Origin: a virus
Lineage: Duplodnaviria; Heunggongvirae; Uroviricota; Caudoviricetes
Virus record (IMG/VR): IMGVR_UViG_3300010234_000001
Location: 114,612 to 178,611 of that record
Length of the DNA: 64,000 bases
Reading direction: 5' to 3' (one strand)
Shown: piece by piece, positions 10,814 through 20,816 of the stretch
How the letters are laid out: each line of letters begins with the position of its first letter
Numbering within the stretch: position 1 is the stretch's first letter
The notes under the pieces: generated by a model
The model's database searches: none
What the model was told of the DNA's origin: nothing
Seen by the model: the letters and a program-made list of their open reading frames with translations, nothing else
Position numbers and translations under genes: made by a program

Positions 10814-11042
10814 CTGGAAAAAATATACTATTGGGATATTTATGTATCATTACCTATATGTTGGACCAAAACCATGTTACTTAGTAACTGATTGCAGAGA
10901 TAGAAATGTTCGATATTTGTTTAAGGTTGATAGTGAAAATGACATTAATGCAAAACAGGTAAAACTGTGTAAACAAACAATCACTGAAATGAAAATATTA
11001 GCGGAGAAGCTTCATGCATTGGATTCTACAGACGGGGTTTGA
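10758..11042 (+). CDS. hypothetical protein
   Basis: 94-aa ORF. Confidence 0.3.
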   Translation: MIKQRNLYWRNIRRIMKFDWKKYTIGIFMYHYLYVGPKPCYLVTDCRDRNVRYLFKVDSENDINAKQVKLCKQTITEMKILAEKLHALDSTDGV

Positions 11043-11859
11043 GTTTGAGAATGGTTGGGAGACCATGCTTGAAACACTAGAGAATCATGATATCCCATAC
11101 TCAATTCATAAAGTAGTTCCATTTGAGGGGACGCTTATTCCGGAACCAAAACTGGATACCAAGAATGTGATGTGCATTGGATCGTATTCCATGCGCCACA
11201 TGGCGAAAGCTAATGGCTGGTATCCGGGCGTATTTGACATGGAGTCCGTCACTCACGACGTGCTTATGCAATCCCCTTGGGGTAACGGGAATAGGGCTGG
11301 AAGAAGAGCTTTCAATAAGCTTCTCAATGCGGACGGAAGGGTTGTGCCATTCAAGCATGCTAAGTTTGATGAACCAATGTTTGTTCGACCGGCTAATGAT
11401 TCGAAGGTCATCAACGGAAAAGTATATGATCCGGATGAATGGTGTCTCTGGCAAGATCATGTCATGAAAGCCATTGATGATGGATTTGAATACTTGGGGC
11501 TTGATGAAAATACTCCGCTGGTGATTGCAAAACCGAAATCCATCAAGGCGGAATATCGATTTTGGATACACGATAATGAAATTATAACATCATCGTTATA
11601 CAAGGTTGGGAATAGGGTAATGTATCGGCGGGATATGGTTGATGACCGAATTAAGACATTCGTTTACAGTCTAATTAATCCAATTAGTGTTGATTATTGG
11701 AAGCCGCCAGTCGATGCTTATGTGCTGGACGTATGCGAAATGGAAGATGAAAAACTAAAGATTGTGGAAGTCAATACATTAAATTCGACCGGTTTCTATG
11801 ATGCTGATGTAAATCGACTTATTATAACTTTGAACGATTGGTTTACTTATAATGCCTGA
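11014..11859 (+). CDS. ATP-grasp-fold protein (R2K-like phage family)
   Basis: Size and weak ATP-grasp-like pattern. Confidence 0.4.
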   Translation: MHWILQTGFEFENGWETMLETLENHDIPYSIHKVVPFEGTLIPEPKLDTKNVMCIGSYSMRHMAKANGWYPGVFDMESVTHDVLMQSPWGNGNRAGRRAFNKLLNADGRVVPFKHAKFDEPMFVRPANDSKVINGKVYDPDEWCLWQDHVMKAIDDGFEYLGLDENTPLVIAKPKSIKAEYRFWIHDNEIITSSLYKVGNRVMYRRDMVDDRIKTFVYSLINPISVDYWKPPVDAYVLDVCEMEDEKLKIVEVNTLNSTGFYDADVNRLIITLNDWFTYNA

Positions 11860-12286
11860 TTTATTTAAGGATTACATTAAGTCTATTATGGAAACGGGGA
11901 AGAACCATATGGAAACAAAGGAAGATGAAAAAACCTATGTTCCATTTGTGGTTAATCGTGCAATGTCTTTTTATCCGGATACTGTTCTTTTGGCTAATGA
12001 AATGAATATGTTACCAAATACGTCCAAACGGTCCCAATATGCCTTTCTGATAAATACTGTCAGGAAAACTAAAAGACCATACAGACAATGGGTGAAGTAT
12101 TCCAGACCTGAAGATTTGGACGTTGTTATGGAGTATTATGAATGCTCCGTGCAAAAAGCGAAGGATATACTTTCTTTGCTTACGTCAGAACAGGTTGATG
12201 AAATAAAAAGACTCCAACAAACAGGTGGAATAGAAAATGATAAACTTAGACGACCTAGTATGGGTCAGATTCAAGGAAGACGATGA
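11852..12286 (+). CDS. 62: clamp loader small subunit gp62
   Basis: N-terminus LFKDYI matches T4 gp62 LFKDDI, and a KTKRPYRQWVKY block matches T4 PRGKRYGKWAKL. Position after gene 44 is right. Confidence 0.6.
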   Translation: MPDLFKDYIKSIMETGKNHMETKEDEKTYVPFVVNRAMSFYPDTVLLANEMNMLPNTSKRSQYAFLINTVRKTKRPYRQWVKYSRPEDLDVVMEYYECSVQKAKDILSLLTSEQVDEIKRLQQTGGIENDKLRRPSMGQIQGRR

Positions 12287-12632
12287 CTTCCTAAAAATTA
12301 AAGAAACGCTTACAAGAATTGGAATTGCGTCCAAGAAAGAAAACACGTTGTATCAGTCATGCCACATCTTGCATAAGCAAGGGCGATATGCTATCGTGCA
12401 CTTCAAAGAGTTGTTCTTGCTTGACGGCAAGCCTTCGAATTTCTCGGAAGAGGATAAAGCCAGAAGAAATACCATAGCCAATCTATTGGAAGAATGGGAA
12501 CTTCTGGAAGTAATTGATCCAAGCCAGACTGACGAGCCGGTGGCACCAGTTTCGTTGATCAAGATTCTTCCTTATCGGGAAAAAGAAAACTGGACTTTGG
12601 TTCCAAAGTATCAGATTGGAAAAAAACAATAA
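12237..12632 (+). CDS. regA: translational repressor RegA
   Basis: Strong match to T4 RegA: FLKIKETLTRIGIA, LYQSCHILHKQGRYAIVHFKEL, WTLVPKYQIG. Confidence 0.8.
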   Translation: MINLDDLVWVRFKEDDDFLKIKETLTRIGIASKKENTLYQSCHILHKQGRYAIVHFKELFLLDGKPSNFSEEDKARRNTIANLLEEWELLEVIDPSQTDEPVAPVSLIKILPYREKENWTLVPKYQIGKKQ

Positions 12633-12641
12633 GGATATATA

Positions 12642-12971
12642 ATGGCGAATAGATTTATATGGAAAAGATCAAGCAAAGATACAGTCGAGGAAGATGGTCA
12701 AAAAATTATTCATGAAGTATGGCGCTGCATGATGGTTGACACCAATGTGACTGCAAAGCTTGATAAATTTGAATGGGTTGCAAATGATCATATTGAATAT
12801 GCCGGGGAAATATACGATGGCGGTGACCGCTCCAACGTTGTCGTATATCCTTCCAACATTCCAATGGAAGACGCTAAAGAATTAACGGAAAATATCATGA
12901 AGGAAATTCACCGGGAATCAAACCCGGACGCGTATGCGGGCGGAACCTTCGTAATTAGTGAGGATGAATAG
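12642..12971 (+). CDS. hypothetical protein
   Basis: 109-aa ORF. Confidence 0.35.
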   Translation: MANRFIWKRSSKDTVEEDGQKIIHEVWRCMMVDTNVTAKLDKFEWVANDHIEYAGEIYDGGDRSNVVVYPSNIPMEDAKELTENIMKEIHRESNPDAYAGGTFVISEDE

Positions 12972-13226
12972 ATGACAGAAAAATATAGTTGGAAAAAAGA
13001 GAAGGTTCGTTGGTATGATAATTTCAGCAAAAAGGTTGATTTGAGTATATCAACCGTAGCGTATCTATTATATAACAATGAACGCAAAATGAATGTTGCA
13101 ATAATTATAGTGAATCCGAATACGGGAGAATTTAAATTTGATGACAAATATTATAAAACACTTGATAAAGCAAAAAAGGCATTATATAAAGAATTAGAAA
13201 ATTATGAAGGATTAAAATATGACTGA
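12972..13226 (+). CDS. hypothetical protein
   Basis: 84-aa ORF. Confidence 0.35.
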   Translation: MTEKYSWKKEKVRWYDNFSKKVDLSISTVAYLLYNNERKMNVAIIIVNPNTGEFKFDDKYYKTLDKAKKALYKELENYEGLKYD

Positions 13227-13713
13227 AGTGCTTAAATTTTACAAGATATACGATGAAGTTGAAATCCCAAAATTTGCTACGGAAGGATCGGCTTGTTTTG
13301 ACGTGCGGGCATTTGTTCCGATAGCGGATACCGCATTATTTTCAAAAGTTCCGGAACATATGATACCAAAGCATGTGCTTATTCAACCGGGGGAAAGAAA
13401 GCTGTTGTCAACCGGATTGATTATGGATATTCCGGTGGGATATCACGTCAAGTTATACGCCCGTTCCGGATATTCGTTCCGCGAGGGGTTGATTATGACA
13501 AACTCCGTTGGTATTATCGATTCCGACTATACGGACGAACTGAAAATCTCCGTGACTAACATAAGCGACAAAAACGTGCATGTGAATAATGGTGATCGTG
13601 TGGCGCAGGGAATGATGGTCAAGAACGAGAGCTATATTATCGCTCGCACGACCGAACCGCCCCAACAAAAAACCGACCGGGTTGGCGGTTTTGGTTCAAC
13701 CGGGACAAAATAA
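13219..13713 (+). CDS. dut: dUTPase (dUTP diphosphatase / dCTP-deaminase-fold)
   Basis: dUTPase motifs ARSGYS and GIIDSDYTDE. Confidence 0.65.
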   Translation: MTEVLKFYKIYDEVEIPKFATEGSACFDVRAFVPIADTALFSKVPEHMIPKHVLIQPGERKLLSTGLIMDIPVGYHVKLYARSGYSFREGLIMTNSVGIIDSDYTDELKISVTNISDKNVHVNNGDRVAQGMMVKNESYIIARTTEPPQQKTDRVGGFGSTGTK

Positions 13714-13715
13714 CG

Positions 13716-13723
13716 TATAAATA
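13716..13723 (+). promoter_or_regulatory. T4-type late promoter TATAAATA
   Basis: Exact TATAAATA, 11 nt upstream of a sigma70-like promoter and the tRNA-Leu gene. Confidence 0.4.
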
Positions 13724-13726
13724 GGG

Positions 13727-13755
13727 TTGACACCATCCGCTATCCATGGTATGGT
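13727..13755 (+). promoter_or_regulatory. sigma70-like early promoter (TTGACA-17-TATGGT)
   Basis: TTGACA, 17-nt spacer, TATGGT. Lies inside the inverted repeat ttgacaccat/atggtgtcaa. Confidence 0.5.
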
Positions 13756-13771
13756 GTCAACCAGAATCAAC

Positions 13772-13851
13772 GCTCTTGTGGGCAAATAGGTAAAGTCGGC
13801 AGTTTCAAAAACTGCGTCATTTTGTCGGTTCGATTCCGATCAAGAGCACCA
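13772..13851 (+). tRNA. tRNA-Leu (anticodon CAA)
   Basis: Hand-folded cloverleaf: acceptor gctcttg/caagagc, anticodon stem gcagt/actgc, loop ttCAAaa, T-loop ttcgatt, CCA encoded. Confidence 0.6.
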
Positions 13852-14097
13852 ACACAAGGAGAATCCCCATGAAATGCCTATGGGATTATGGCGGTTAGCT
13901 TAGGGTGGTTAATATCCACCCGAAAAAAGGAGTATATTATGCAAGATGTGAGAGTAAGTGGAGTAAGTGAATCCAGTTGGATAGTATTAATTGTTGTATG
14001 CTTCATTTTGGGAGGAATAGCGGACACGCTATACGAAATGTAATGTTTGCAATGGCCGGATTCATGTCTTATAGAAGAAACATCGGAATAATAAAAT

Positions 14098-14175
14098 ACC
14101 CTCATAGCTTCAACTGGACAGAGCGCTAGACTACGAATCTGGAGGTTAGGGGTTCGAATCCTCTTGGGGGTACCA
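14098..14175 (+). tRNA. tRNA-Arg (anticodon ACG)
   Basis: Acceptor accctca/tgggggt, D-arm GCTT..GAGC, anticodon loop ctACGaa, T-loop ttcgaat, CCA encoded. Confidence 0.7.
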
Positions 14176-14239
14176 TCAAAAACCTTGCCATACAAAAAAA
14201 ATGCTGTATGGCAAAATAGGGAAAAGTGAATATTTAATA

Positions 14240-15052
14240 ATGTCTACAAACATTAAAATAGTTCCATCAGTAGCGGTAATAACGCCAACTATTGCTAAAT
14301 CAACGGTAGTTGAAGCCATTGAGAGTGTGGCTCTTCAAACATATCCGAGTGAAATGATCACGCATGTGTTAGTCAAGGATGGTCCGCAATACAATTTAAC
14401 TCAAACCATTATAAATGAGTCATCAAAGTGGGATAAAGAACGACTAAATCGACTAGACCGGTATATAAACAATGCGATCATTGATCTTCCCTTTAACACT
14501 GGCGGTAACAGTTTTTACGGACATCGCATCTATGCTGCTATTCCGCATTTACTTAACCATGACTATATTGCTTTTTTGGATGAGGATAATTGGTATGAGC
14601 CTAATCACATCGAGACGATGGTTGACAAGATCATGGAGACTGATTCGGATTTTGTATATTCGTTCCGTCGTATCTGCGACAAATCGGGAAATTACCTACT
14701 GGACGACAACTGCGAAAGTCTAGGCAAATGGCCCGTATGGCCGGTCCTTGGCGTTCCGCCAAGCGATTACAATCCGGCATTCGGTCATCTAATAGACACA
14801 TCGTCTTTTCTTTTCGAAAGAAATTTCATTCAGAGAAACTGTCACCATTGGCATAGCCAGTGGGGGGGTGATCGCAATTTCTTGCACACGGTGTCCGATT
14901 ATTTCGGTATACAGTATGAGCCAACAGGACTTCATACACTAAATTATAGATTGGATGGAAATCCGAATTCCGTGACAAAGGATTTCTTTGAAGCGGGCAA
15001 CAAAAAAACATTACATTATTATGGGGGTAAATTGCCATGGAAAAAGCAGTAA
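14240..15052 (+). CDS. glycosyltransferase family 2 (GT-A)
   Basis: N-terminal VAVITPT GT2 signature and DED acidic motif (FLDEDNWY). Confidence 0.6.
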   Translation: MSTNIKIVPSVAVITPTIAKSTVVEAIESVALQTYPSEMITHVLVKDGPQYNLTQTIINESSKWDKERLNRLDRYINNAIIDLPFNTGGNSFYGHRIYAAIPHLLNHDYIAFLDEDNWYEPNHIETMVDKIMETDSDFVYSFRRICDKSGNYLLDDNCESLGKWPVWPVLGVPPSDYNPAFGHLIDTSSFLFERNFIQRNCHHWHSQWGGDRNFLHTVSDYFGIQYEPTGLHTLNYRLDGNPNSVTKDFFEAGNKKTLHYYGGKLPWKKQ

Positions 15053-15516
15053 ATTATGTATTGGGTGTGGCACAAATACCAATGTGGAATAAATTCGTTC
15101 TCTTGAAAAAGAACCGTCCCCCACAACTGGCGGGAATATGGAACTTCGTTGGTGGCAAGGTTGAACCCACGGATGAAACAATATATGACGCGATGGTCCG
15201 AGAGTTCTATGAGGAAACGGGCGTTATGACTTCGCAAGGCAAGGTATGGAATTATATCGGAAACTTCCGTCGCGACAATCGATTCAATGTGTATGTTTTT
15301 CATGCCGTGGATGCAAGTTTTTGGAATGTCGTGACGGCAACGGATGAAGAAGTTCGTATTGTTGACATTTTTGATGATAACAATATGATAGATTATGATG
15401 GGGGATTCGCCCCTAACGTGGAATGGATTACGCAATTTGTAATGTCCCCGGACCATAAAGAATTTGACACCAAGTTTGACGTGGTGTATAATGGTTGGTA
15501 TGAAGGAGTAAATTGA
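15037..15516 (+). CDS. Nudix hydrolase
   Basis: Nudix box GGKVEPTDETIYDAMVREFYEETGV. Confidence 0.65.
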   Translation: MEKAVNYVLGVAQIPMWNKFVLLKKNRPPQLAGIWNFVGGKVEPTDETIYDAMVREFYEETGVMTSQGKVWNYIGNFRRDNRFNVYVFHAVDASFWNVVTATDEEVRIVDIFDDNNMIDYDGGFAPNVEWITQFVMSPDHKEFDTKFDVVYNGWYEGVN

Positions 15517-16298
15517 TGGGTTTTATTGGACCGCAGGAACTGACAAGTATGTTATACTCATTCAAAGATACGGATGATGGTGCGTTGCGAGATAACGATT
15601 TTCTCCATTTTGTTGGCTTTTGCATGAGCAACTTGGCAGTAACAAATTCGCAGTGTTTCCAAGACGTATGGGTGCTATATGAAATGCTTAAATACAGTTC
15701 GCCCAACGAACATCCATTTTTTGTGGAGTTTGGTGCGGATAACGGTCTTCTTGATAGCAATACTCTCCTATTACAAAATCTAGGCTGGCACGGAATTCTA
15801 TCCGAGCCAAACCCGGAGAGGGTGAAAGAATGCAAATCAAATCGTGAGTCGCATCATGTTTCGGTCTACGATTATGCCGTGTGGAATATAAAGAACGGAG
15901 TTATTCCGTTTATGGTGAGCGGTGAACCAAATCTGTCCACTTTGCCGCAATACGCGAAATCCGACTATAATGCGAAAAAACGCACGGAAAATACGCATAT
16001 CATTGACGTGGAAACAATCGGATTGTATGATTTGCTTCGGGAAGATAAAGCACCAAAATATATTGATTATATAAGTGTTGATACCGAAGGCTCCGAGTAT
16101 GAGGTATTGCATCATTTCTTTGAATGGTATTCACTGGATTCTTCTAACAGGCATGAACCACCATACTTGATGACGATTGAGCATAATTATCAGTCGGAAC
16201 AGAAACAGAAAATTGAAACATTAATGACCAATTGGGAATACGAGCAGAGATTTCCCGATATTTCCCGTTGGGACAGCTTTTGGAGAAAGAAAACTTGA
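15513..16298 (+). CDS. FkbM-family methyltransferase-like protein
   Basis: VEFGADNG motif resembling FkbM DxGANxG. Confidence 0.4.
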   Translation: MMGFIGPQELTSMLYSFKDTDDGALRDNDFLHFVGFCMSNLAVTNSQCFQDVWVLYEMLKYSSPNEHPFFVEFGADNGLLDSNTLLLQNLGWHGILSEPNPERVKECKSNRESHHVSVYDYAVWNIKNGVIPFMVSGEPNLSTLPQYAKSDYNAKKRTENTHIIDVETIGLYDLLREDKAPKYIDYISVDTEGSEYEVLHHFFEWYSLDSSNRHEPPYLMTIEHNYQSEQKQKIETLMTNWEYEQRFPDISRWDSFWRKKT

Positions 16299-17233
16299 CT
16301 GATACAGTAGTGGGCGTCTTTAACAACTACGGTTGGGATGACGTAAAATATTGGGCCAATTCACTAGTAGCTTCCGGCTTTGAAGGACGAAAGGTTGCCA
16401 TCGCATATCAGGTGATGGATGAAGTCGTGCTTAAGCTACAGCGGATTGGTTTCGAAGTGCATCGTAAAGATATATTCGATGTGGGTGATAGATTCAATAT
16501 CGTGGTGCGCCGTTTCTATGATTTATGGGACGTTTGCAGTCAGATGGAGCATGAGCCGGGTGATCGCCTTATTACAACCGATGTGGGTGATGTGGTATTT
16601 CAACGCAATCCGAGCGAGTATCTGGAAATGTGCACGTCGCCCGATTTTTTGCTTGCATCCGGCGAAGGAATACGGTATAAGGATGAACCTTGGTCGCACC
16701 GCAACATGATTCGATCCTTTGGCGAGGAAGAATTTGATAAAATGGCGCACTATGAAATCTGTTGCGCGGGCGTGATTGTCGGGGCGCATGATACGGTTGT
16801 TCGACTGGCGCAAGACGTTTACATGCTATGCCAAGACAGACCCCAATTCGTTGAAGGGGGTGGCGGACCGGATCAAGCGGCTTACAATATCCTTATTCGC
16901 GGGAAATATCGTAATAAGATGATTTTCGCAAATCATGGTGATTGGTGGGCCGCACAGATGGGCACAACCCTTCACGCGGTCAAAGCGGGAATGGGTGATA
17001 TTGGATGGAGTTACGCTCAAGCGGAAGACAAAGAAGCCCGCTTGGCCGAAATAGAAAAATTGATGCTTTACCGTCAACCAATAATTCATGAGACTGGTGT
17101 AGTGTATAATGCGGACAATAGCGATCCATATTGTATTGTTCATCAATATAACAGAGTTCCGCATTTACGCATGAAAATTAGAAATGAAACCATAGCGAGT
17201 GATATGGATCATCTATATATCAAGATAGGATAA
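16232..17233 (+). CDS. hypothetical protein (start uncertain)
   Basis: 333-aa ORF overlapping the upstream gene; no confident motif. Confidence 0.35.
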   Translation: MGIRAEISRYFPLGQLLEKENLTDTVVGVFNNYGWDDVKYWANSLVASGFEGRKVAIAYQVMDEVVLKLQRIGFEVHRKDIFDVGDRFNIVVRRFYDLWDVCSQMEHEPGDRLITTDVGDVVFQRNPSEYLEMCTSPDFLLASGEGIRYKDEPWSHRNMIRSFGEEEFDKMAHYEICCAGVIVGAHDTVVRLAQDVYMLCQDRPQFVEGGGGPDQAAYNILIRGKYRNKMIFANHGDWWAAQMGTTLHAVKAGMGDIGWSYAQAEDKEARLAEIEKLMLYRQPIIHETGVVYNADNSDPYCIVHQYNRVPHLRMKIRNETIASDMDHLYIKIG

Positions 17234-17237
17234 AATT

Positions 17238-17882
17238 ATGGCATACCCTGATGCACCAAAATTGGTGATCGAACAAGATGGAGAGGGAAGCACTATGGGC
17301 TTGCATGACTTCTCCACAATCGAAGAATTGAAAGAGTCTCGAATTTGGCCGCACGCATATAATGCGGCGTTCGGTATTCTTCCGTATATTCGTCGGTTGG
17401 GGGATAACACACAAGGCGTAGAGATTGGAACGGAGCGTGGCGAGAGCGCGTATCTGATCCTTGACGAGTGCCCGAATGTTACCACCCTATGGACGGTTGA
17501 TCCTTATGTCGAGTATGAAAACTGGAATGGTCCGGTTGAACAGGAAAAGCTTGACAAATATAAGGGAATTGCGGAAACCAATTTGGAAGTATTTAACGGA
17601 AGAGCTTCCCCGTTAATCATGACTTCGGATGAAGCTGTTGACTGGTTGGCCCATATTGAAAAGGTTGATTTCGTGTTCATTGACGGCAGCGTTGATGAAG
17701 AACAGTATTATCAGGACATGAAGAACTGGTATACCAAAATTCGACCGGGCGGACTGTTTGCCGCGCATAACTACCAGCTAGAGTCGGTGCGTAATGCCCT
17801 TAAGAGATTCCGTGAAGAAGATAAAATTCGAATTCCAATTCAGCGCACGGAGAACATGACATTTTTCTGGACCAAGCGATGA
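17238..17882 (+). CDS. class I SAM-dependent methyltransferase (Methyltransf_24 / O-MTase-like)
   Basis: FVFIDGS ... IRPGGLFAAHNY motif pattern. Confidence 0.55.
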   Translation: MAYPDAPKLVIEQDGEGSTMGLHDFSTIEELKESRIWPHAYNAAFGILPYIRRLGDNTQGVEIGTERGESAYLILDECPNVTTLWTVDPYVEYENWNGPVEQEKLDKYKGIAETNLEVFNGRASPLIMTSDEAVDWLAHIEKVDFVFIDGSVDEEQYYQDMKNWYTKIRPGGLFAAHNYQLESVRNALKRFREEDKIRIPIQRTENMTFFWTKR

Positions 17883-18005
17883 AATATCGAAATGTAGCGT
17901 TCATACTATACGGAACACTATTATTATTCATGGCTTCCGCGTCGGTTGATTTTATATTAATGCTGACTGGATTACTAGCCATTAGTTTAGGATTGTTAGT
18001 TTATA

Positions 18006-18917
18006 ATGAATAAACCTAGATTAAAACTCGGATTTCGTAACACGTTTGAAAACGCCCAACTCTTCTTTATGTGGGCGCTTAAAAAGCGGTTCGATGTTAT
18101 TTGTGATCACGAAAATCCGGATTATCTGATTTACGGTGATTCCAATTTCGGACAATTTGATCCGAATATTCTTCCGAATGCCAAGAAGATTTTCTATACC
18201 GGCGAGCCGGTTGGAAGAGAGTTTGCGGAAGTTGTTGATGACTCATATGCGATCACGTTTGATCATGTCAATTCTCCAAGTCATTATCGACTTCCGCTTT
18301 ATGTTGTTGATATGTGGGCGGCTGTTCATGACGACAAGTTCACAGATGATTTTTTATATTTGTGTCATAGAGACATACCGGACCCACTTATCAACTTCTT
18401 TGGAAAACAGACAAATCATCGTTTGTTTTCCTATGTGCAGACCAACCCGAATCAACATATTCGAACGGGATTTGTAAAAAAGTTAATCGAGCGAGAAATG
18501 GTTGACTGCGGTGGTCCGCACTTGAATAATGTTGGCTTTGTTGTTCCCCGCGAAGGCGGGCATACTGCCAAGATTGAATTCCTGAAGAGACGCAAGTTTA
18601 ATGTGGCGTTTGAGAATGGATCAAGACTTGGTTATGTAACTGAAAAGTTAATCAACGCGTATTATGCCAACACTATCCCCGTGTATTGGGGAAGCATGAG
18701 TGTTGAGAGGGAGTTCAATCCGGAGTCCTTCATCAATGCTAATAATTGTGGGTCCGCTGAAGAAGTTATCGACAAAGTTATGTCGCTTAACGCGGACCCA
18801 CAAAAATACAAGGCGATGTTGACAGCACCGCCATTCCGTGATAATATACCCCCATCGTGCACGAACATTGATTTGTTCTTGGACTGGTTTGAAACTTTTG
18901 TTTATGAAGGAGAATGA
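18006..18917 (+). CDS. glycosyltransferase family 10 (alpha-1,3-fucosyltransferase-like)
   Basis: FNVAFENGSRLGYVTEKL matches the GT10 signature FxLxFENS ... YVTEK. Confidence 0.6.
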   Translation: MNKPRLKLGFRNTFENAQLFFMWALKKRFDVICDHENPDYLIYGDSNFGQFDPNILPNAKKIFYTGEPVGREFAEVVDDSYAITFDHVNSPSHYRLPLYVVDMWAAVHDDKFTDDFLYLCHRDIPDPLINFFGKQTNHRLFSYVQTNPNQHIRTGFVKKLIEREMVDCGGPHLNNVGFVVPREGGHTAKIEFLKRRKFNVAFENGSRLGYVTEKLINAYYANTIPVYWGSMSVEREFNPESFINANNCGSAEEVIDKVMSLNADPQKYKAMLTAPPFRDNIPPSCTNIDLFLDWFETFVYEGE

Positions 18918-19041
18918 AAATGCAAGTCGCTGAAGGCACTTCAATGGAACCGGCAAGCTTTATGTATGTTGCCAAAATGTTGATTCTGATTATTGGCGGA
19001 ATGACTACCGTTGGTATTTTGTTTGCTATGGGAGTTGGACT

Positions 19042-20019
19042 TTGAGTAAAGGAAAACTCCTTTTCGTAGTACATCGGGCTTACCCATTTCCGGGTGGGTC
19101 CGAATACTACGTTCAAGACATGGCTAAAGAAATGCTTGGCCGTGGCTATGACGTAACTATTCTTGCGCATGAGCATCAAGGATATCACGGAATTCCCGTA
19201 ACGAATGACTATGAAATCCTCAATCATGAATGGGATTTGATTATCGTGCATGGCGCGGATGTGATTAGCCAAAATATCGCGCTAGTTAATGCGCATCAGA
19301 TAAAAAGTCCTATTCTGTATATGATTATCAAGCCGTCAGACAGCTTGACCGCAATTAATGGAATGAAGGATTGTGCATACATAGGATATTCCACATACAA
19401 CGACGTGTATCATATACAGAGACATAATCACCAAGACAAAGCCAGACGGGTTCGTCATGGCATAGTTGTTGATGACTGGAACGATCACGAATTTGTTTAT
19501 ACGCCAAAGAAGATGGTTGATCCGGAAATGATCAGCGTTGTTTCGGTTGGCGGGTTCTCCCCGCATAAGGGGATGAACGAACTTGCCGATACATTTAACA
19601 AACATCGTATTCCCGGAATGAGACTATATCTATCCGGCTATATGGATCAACGCTTAGCCCCGCAGGAAAGTGATTACGTTAGAGTTTTTAAATATTTGAC
19701 CCGTTCCGAAGCCAGAGACCTTATCAACCAAGCCGACGTTTATGTGATGAATTCATACGAGGAAGGATTTGGACTTGTTTTGCTTGAAGCTATGCTGGCA
19801 AAGGTACCATGGATTGCCCGTTCCGGAGTCGGAGCGGTAAATGATTTGGGTAGATACGGCACTGTAGTAAACAACGCGGAAGGAATCATGTACGCACTGG
19901 AACAGTTTAAAAATACTCGTGTTTTTTCGGATGTTGATGAAGCAAGGGAATATGTTCTTCAGAATCATATGATTCGGCATACATGCGATGATATCGAAGA
20001 TATTCTTTGGAATGGATGA
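19042..20019 (+). CDS. glycosyltransferase family 4 (GT-B)
   Basis: EGFGLVLLEAMLAKVP motif of GT4/GT1. TTG start. Confidence 0.6.
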   Translation: MSKGKLLFVVHRAYPFPGGSEYYVQDMAKEMLGRGYDVTILAHEHQGYHGIPVTNDYEILNHEWDLIIVHGADVISQNIALVNAHQIKSPILYMIIKPSDSLTAINGMKDCAYIGYSTYNDVYHIQRHNHQDKARRVRHGIVVDDWNDHEFVYTPKKMVDPEMISVVSVGGFSPHKGMNELADTFNKHRIPGMRLYLSGYMDQRLAPQESDYVRVFKYLTRSEARDLINQADVYVMNSYEEGFGLVLLEAMLAKVPWIARSGVGAVNDLGRYGTVVNNAEGIMYALEQFKNTRVFSDVDEAREYVLQNHMIRHTCDDIEDILWNG

Positions 20020-20816
20020 CGGGAGTAAAATACAGCATGGAAAATGGAGTAACATTCGGAATCTGCGTAGGGGATAATCCTACGTATCTTACCAAAGTTG
20101 TTGAAAGCATCGAAAACATTCGGGATTTAACGGCAAACAACTATGAAATTATATTCATGGGCGAAGAGGGTGTTGAGTGGTATAGCCACAATTTCGATGC
20201 GGTAAAAGCCGTATGTAAATGGTCCAGTGTTGACTTGGGACTTTGCGCTAAGAAAAACTGGATAGCCAAAGCGGCCAAGTTTGACAACGTATGCATAATT
20301 CATGATTATTATCAGTTTCAACCAAACTGGTATGAGGCAATGCGGAATTATCCAAATCCGGCATGGGAGCTTATGCTATGCCCAGTCAAGACGCTAGAGG
20401 GGCACCGGAGCGCCGATTGGCTGGTGTCACCCATGATCATGGATGATATGTTGGAGAAGCGTCCGGATATGGCCGCTAATCTCATGGCTATCGCCCCGCA
20501 TGAAAACGGTCCTAAATACGTTAGTGGACTCCCGTATGATGTGACTAATATGTCACACATTCAATACGTGTCTGGCGGCTATGTGCTTGCGAAGAAAAAA
20601 GTGTTCATGGAAGTTCCTATGAACAATAAATTGGATTGGGGTGACGCGGAAGACGTTGAATGGAGCAACAGACTAAATCATAACGGTGTAGTGTTTAGCA
20701 TGAATACCGAAACCGAAATGAAAATATTAAAACCAAACAAATGGCATTGCTATCAAATGTCGGATGAATTTTTAGAGGTACTGAAACAAGAATATGGAAT
20801 CTGGAAACAACTATAA
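20007..20816 (+). CDS. hypothetical protein, possible GT-A-fold transferase
   Basis: 269 aa, sits inside the glycosylation cluster. Confidence 0.3.
   Translation: MEWMTGVKYSMENGVTFGICVGDNPTYLTKVVESIENIRDLTANNYEIIFMGEEGVEWYSHNFDAVKAVCKWSSVDLGLCAKKNWIAKAAKFDNVCIIHDYYQFQPNWYEAMRNYPNPAWELMLCPVKTLEGHRSADWLVSPMIMDDMLEKRPDMAANLMAIAPHENGPKYVSGLPYDVTNMSHIQYVSGGYVLAKKKVFMEVPMNNKLDWGDAEDVEWSNRLNHNGVVFSMNTETEMKILKPNKWHCYQMSDEFLEVLKQEYGIWKQL

Noticed and set aside
14201-14239. Longer N-terminal extension of the GT2 gene (MLYGKIGKSEYLI...)
   Set aside because: The extension starts inside the tRNA-Arg 3' flank on a non-ATG codon. The ATG at 14240 precedes the conserved GT2 N-terminus.
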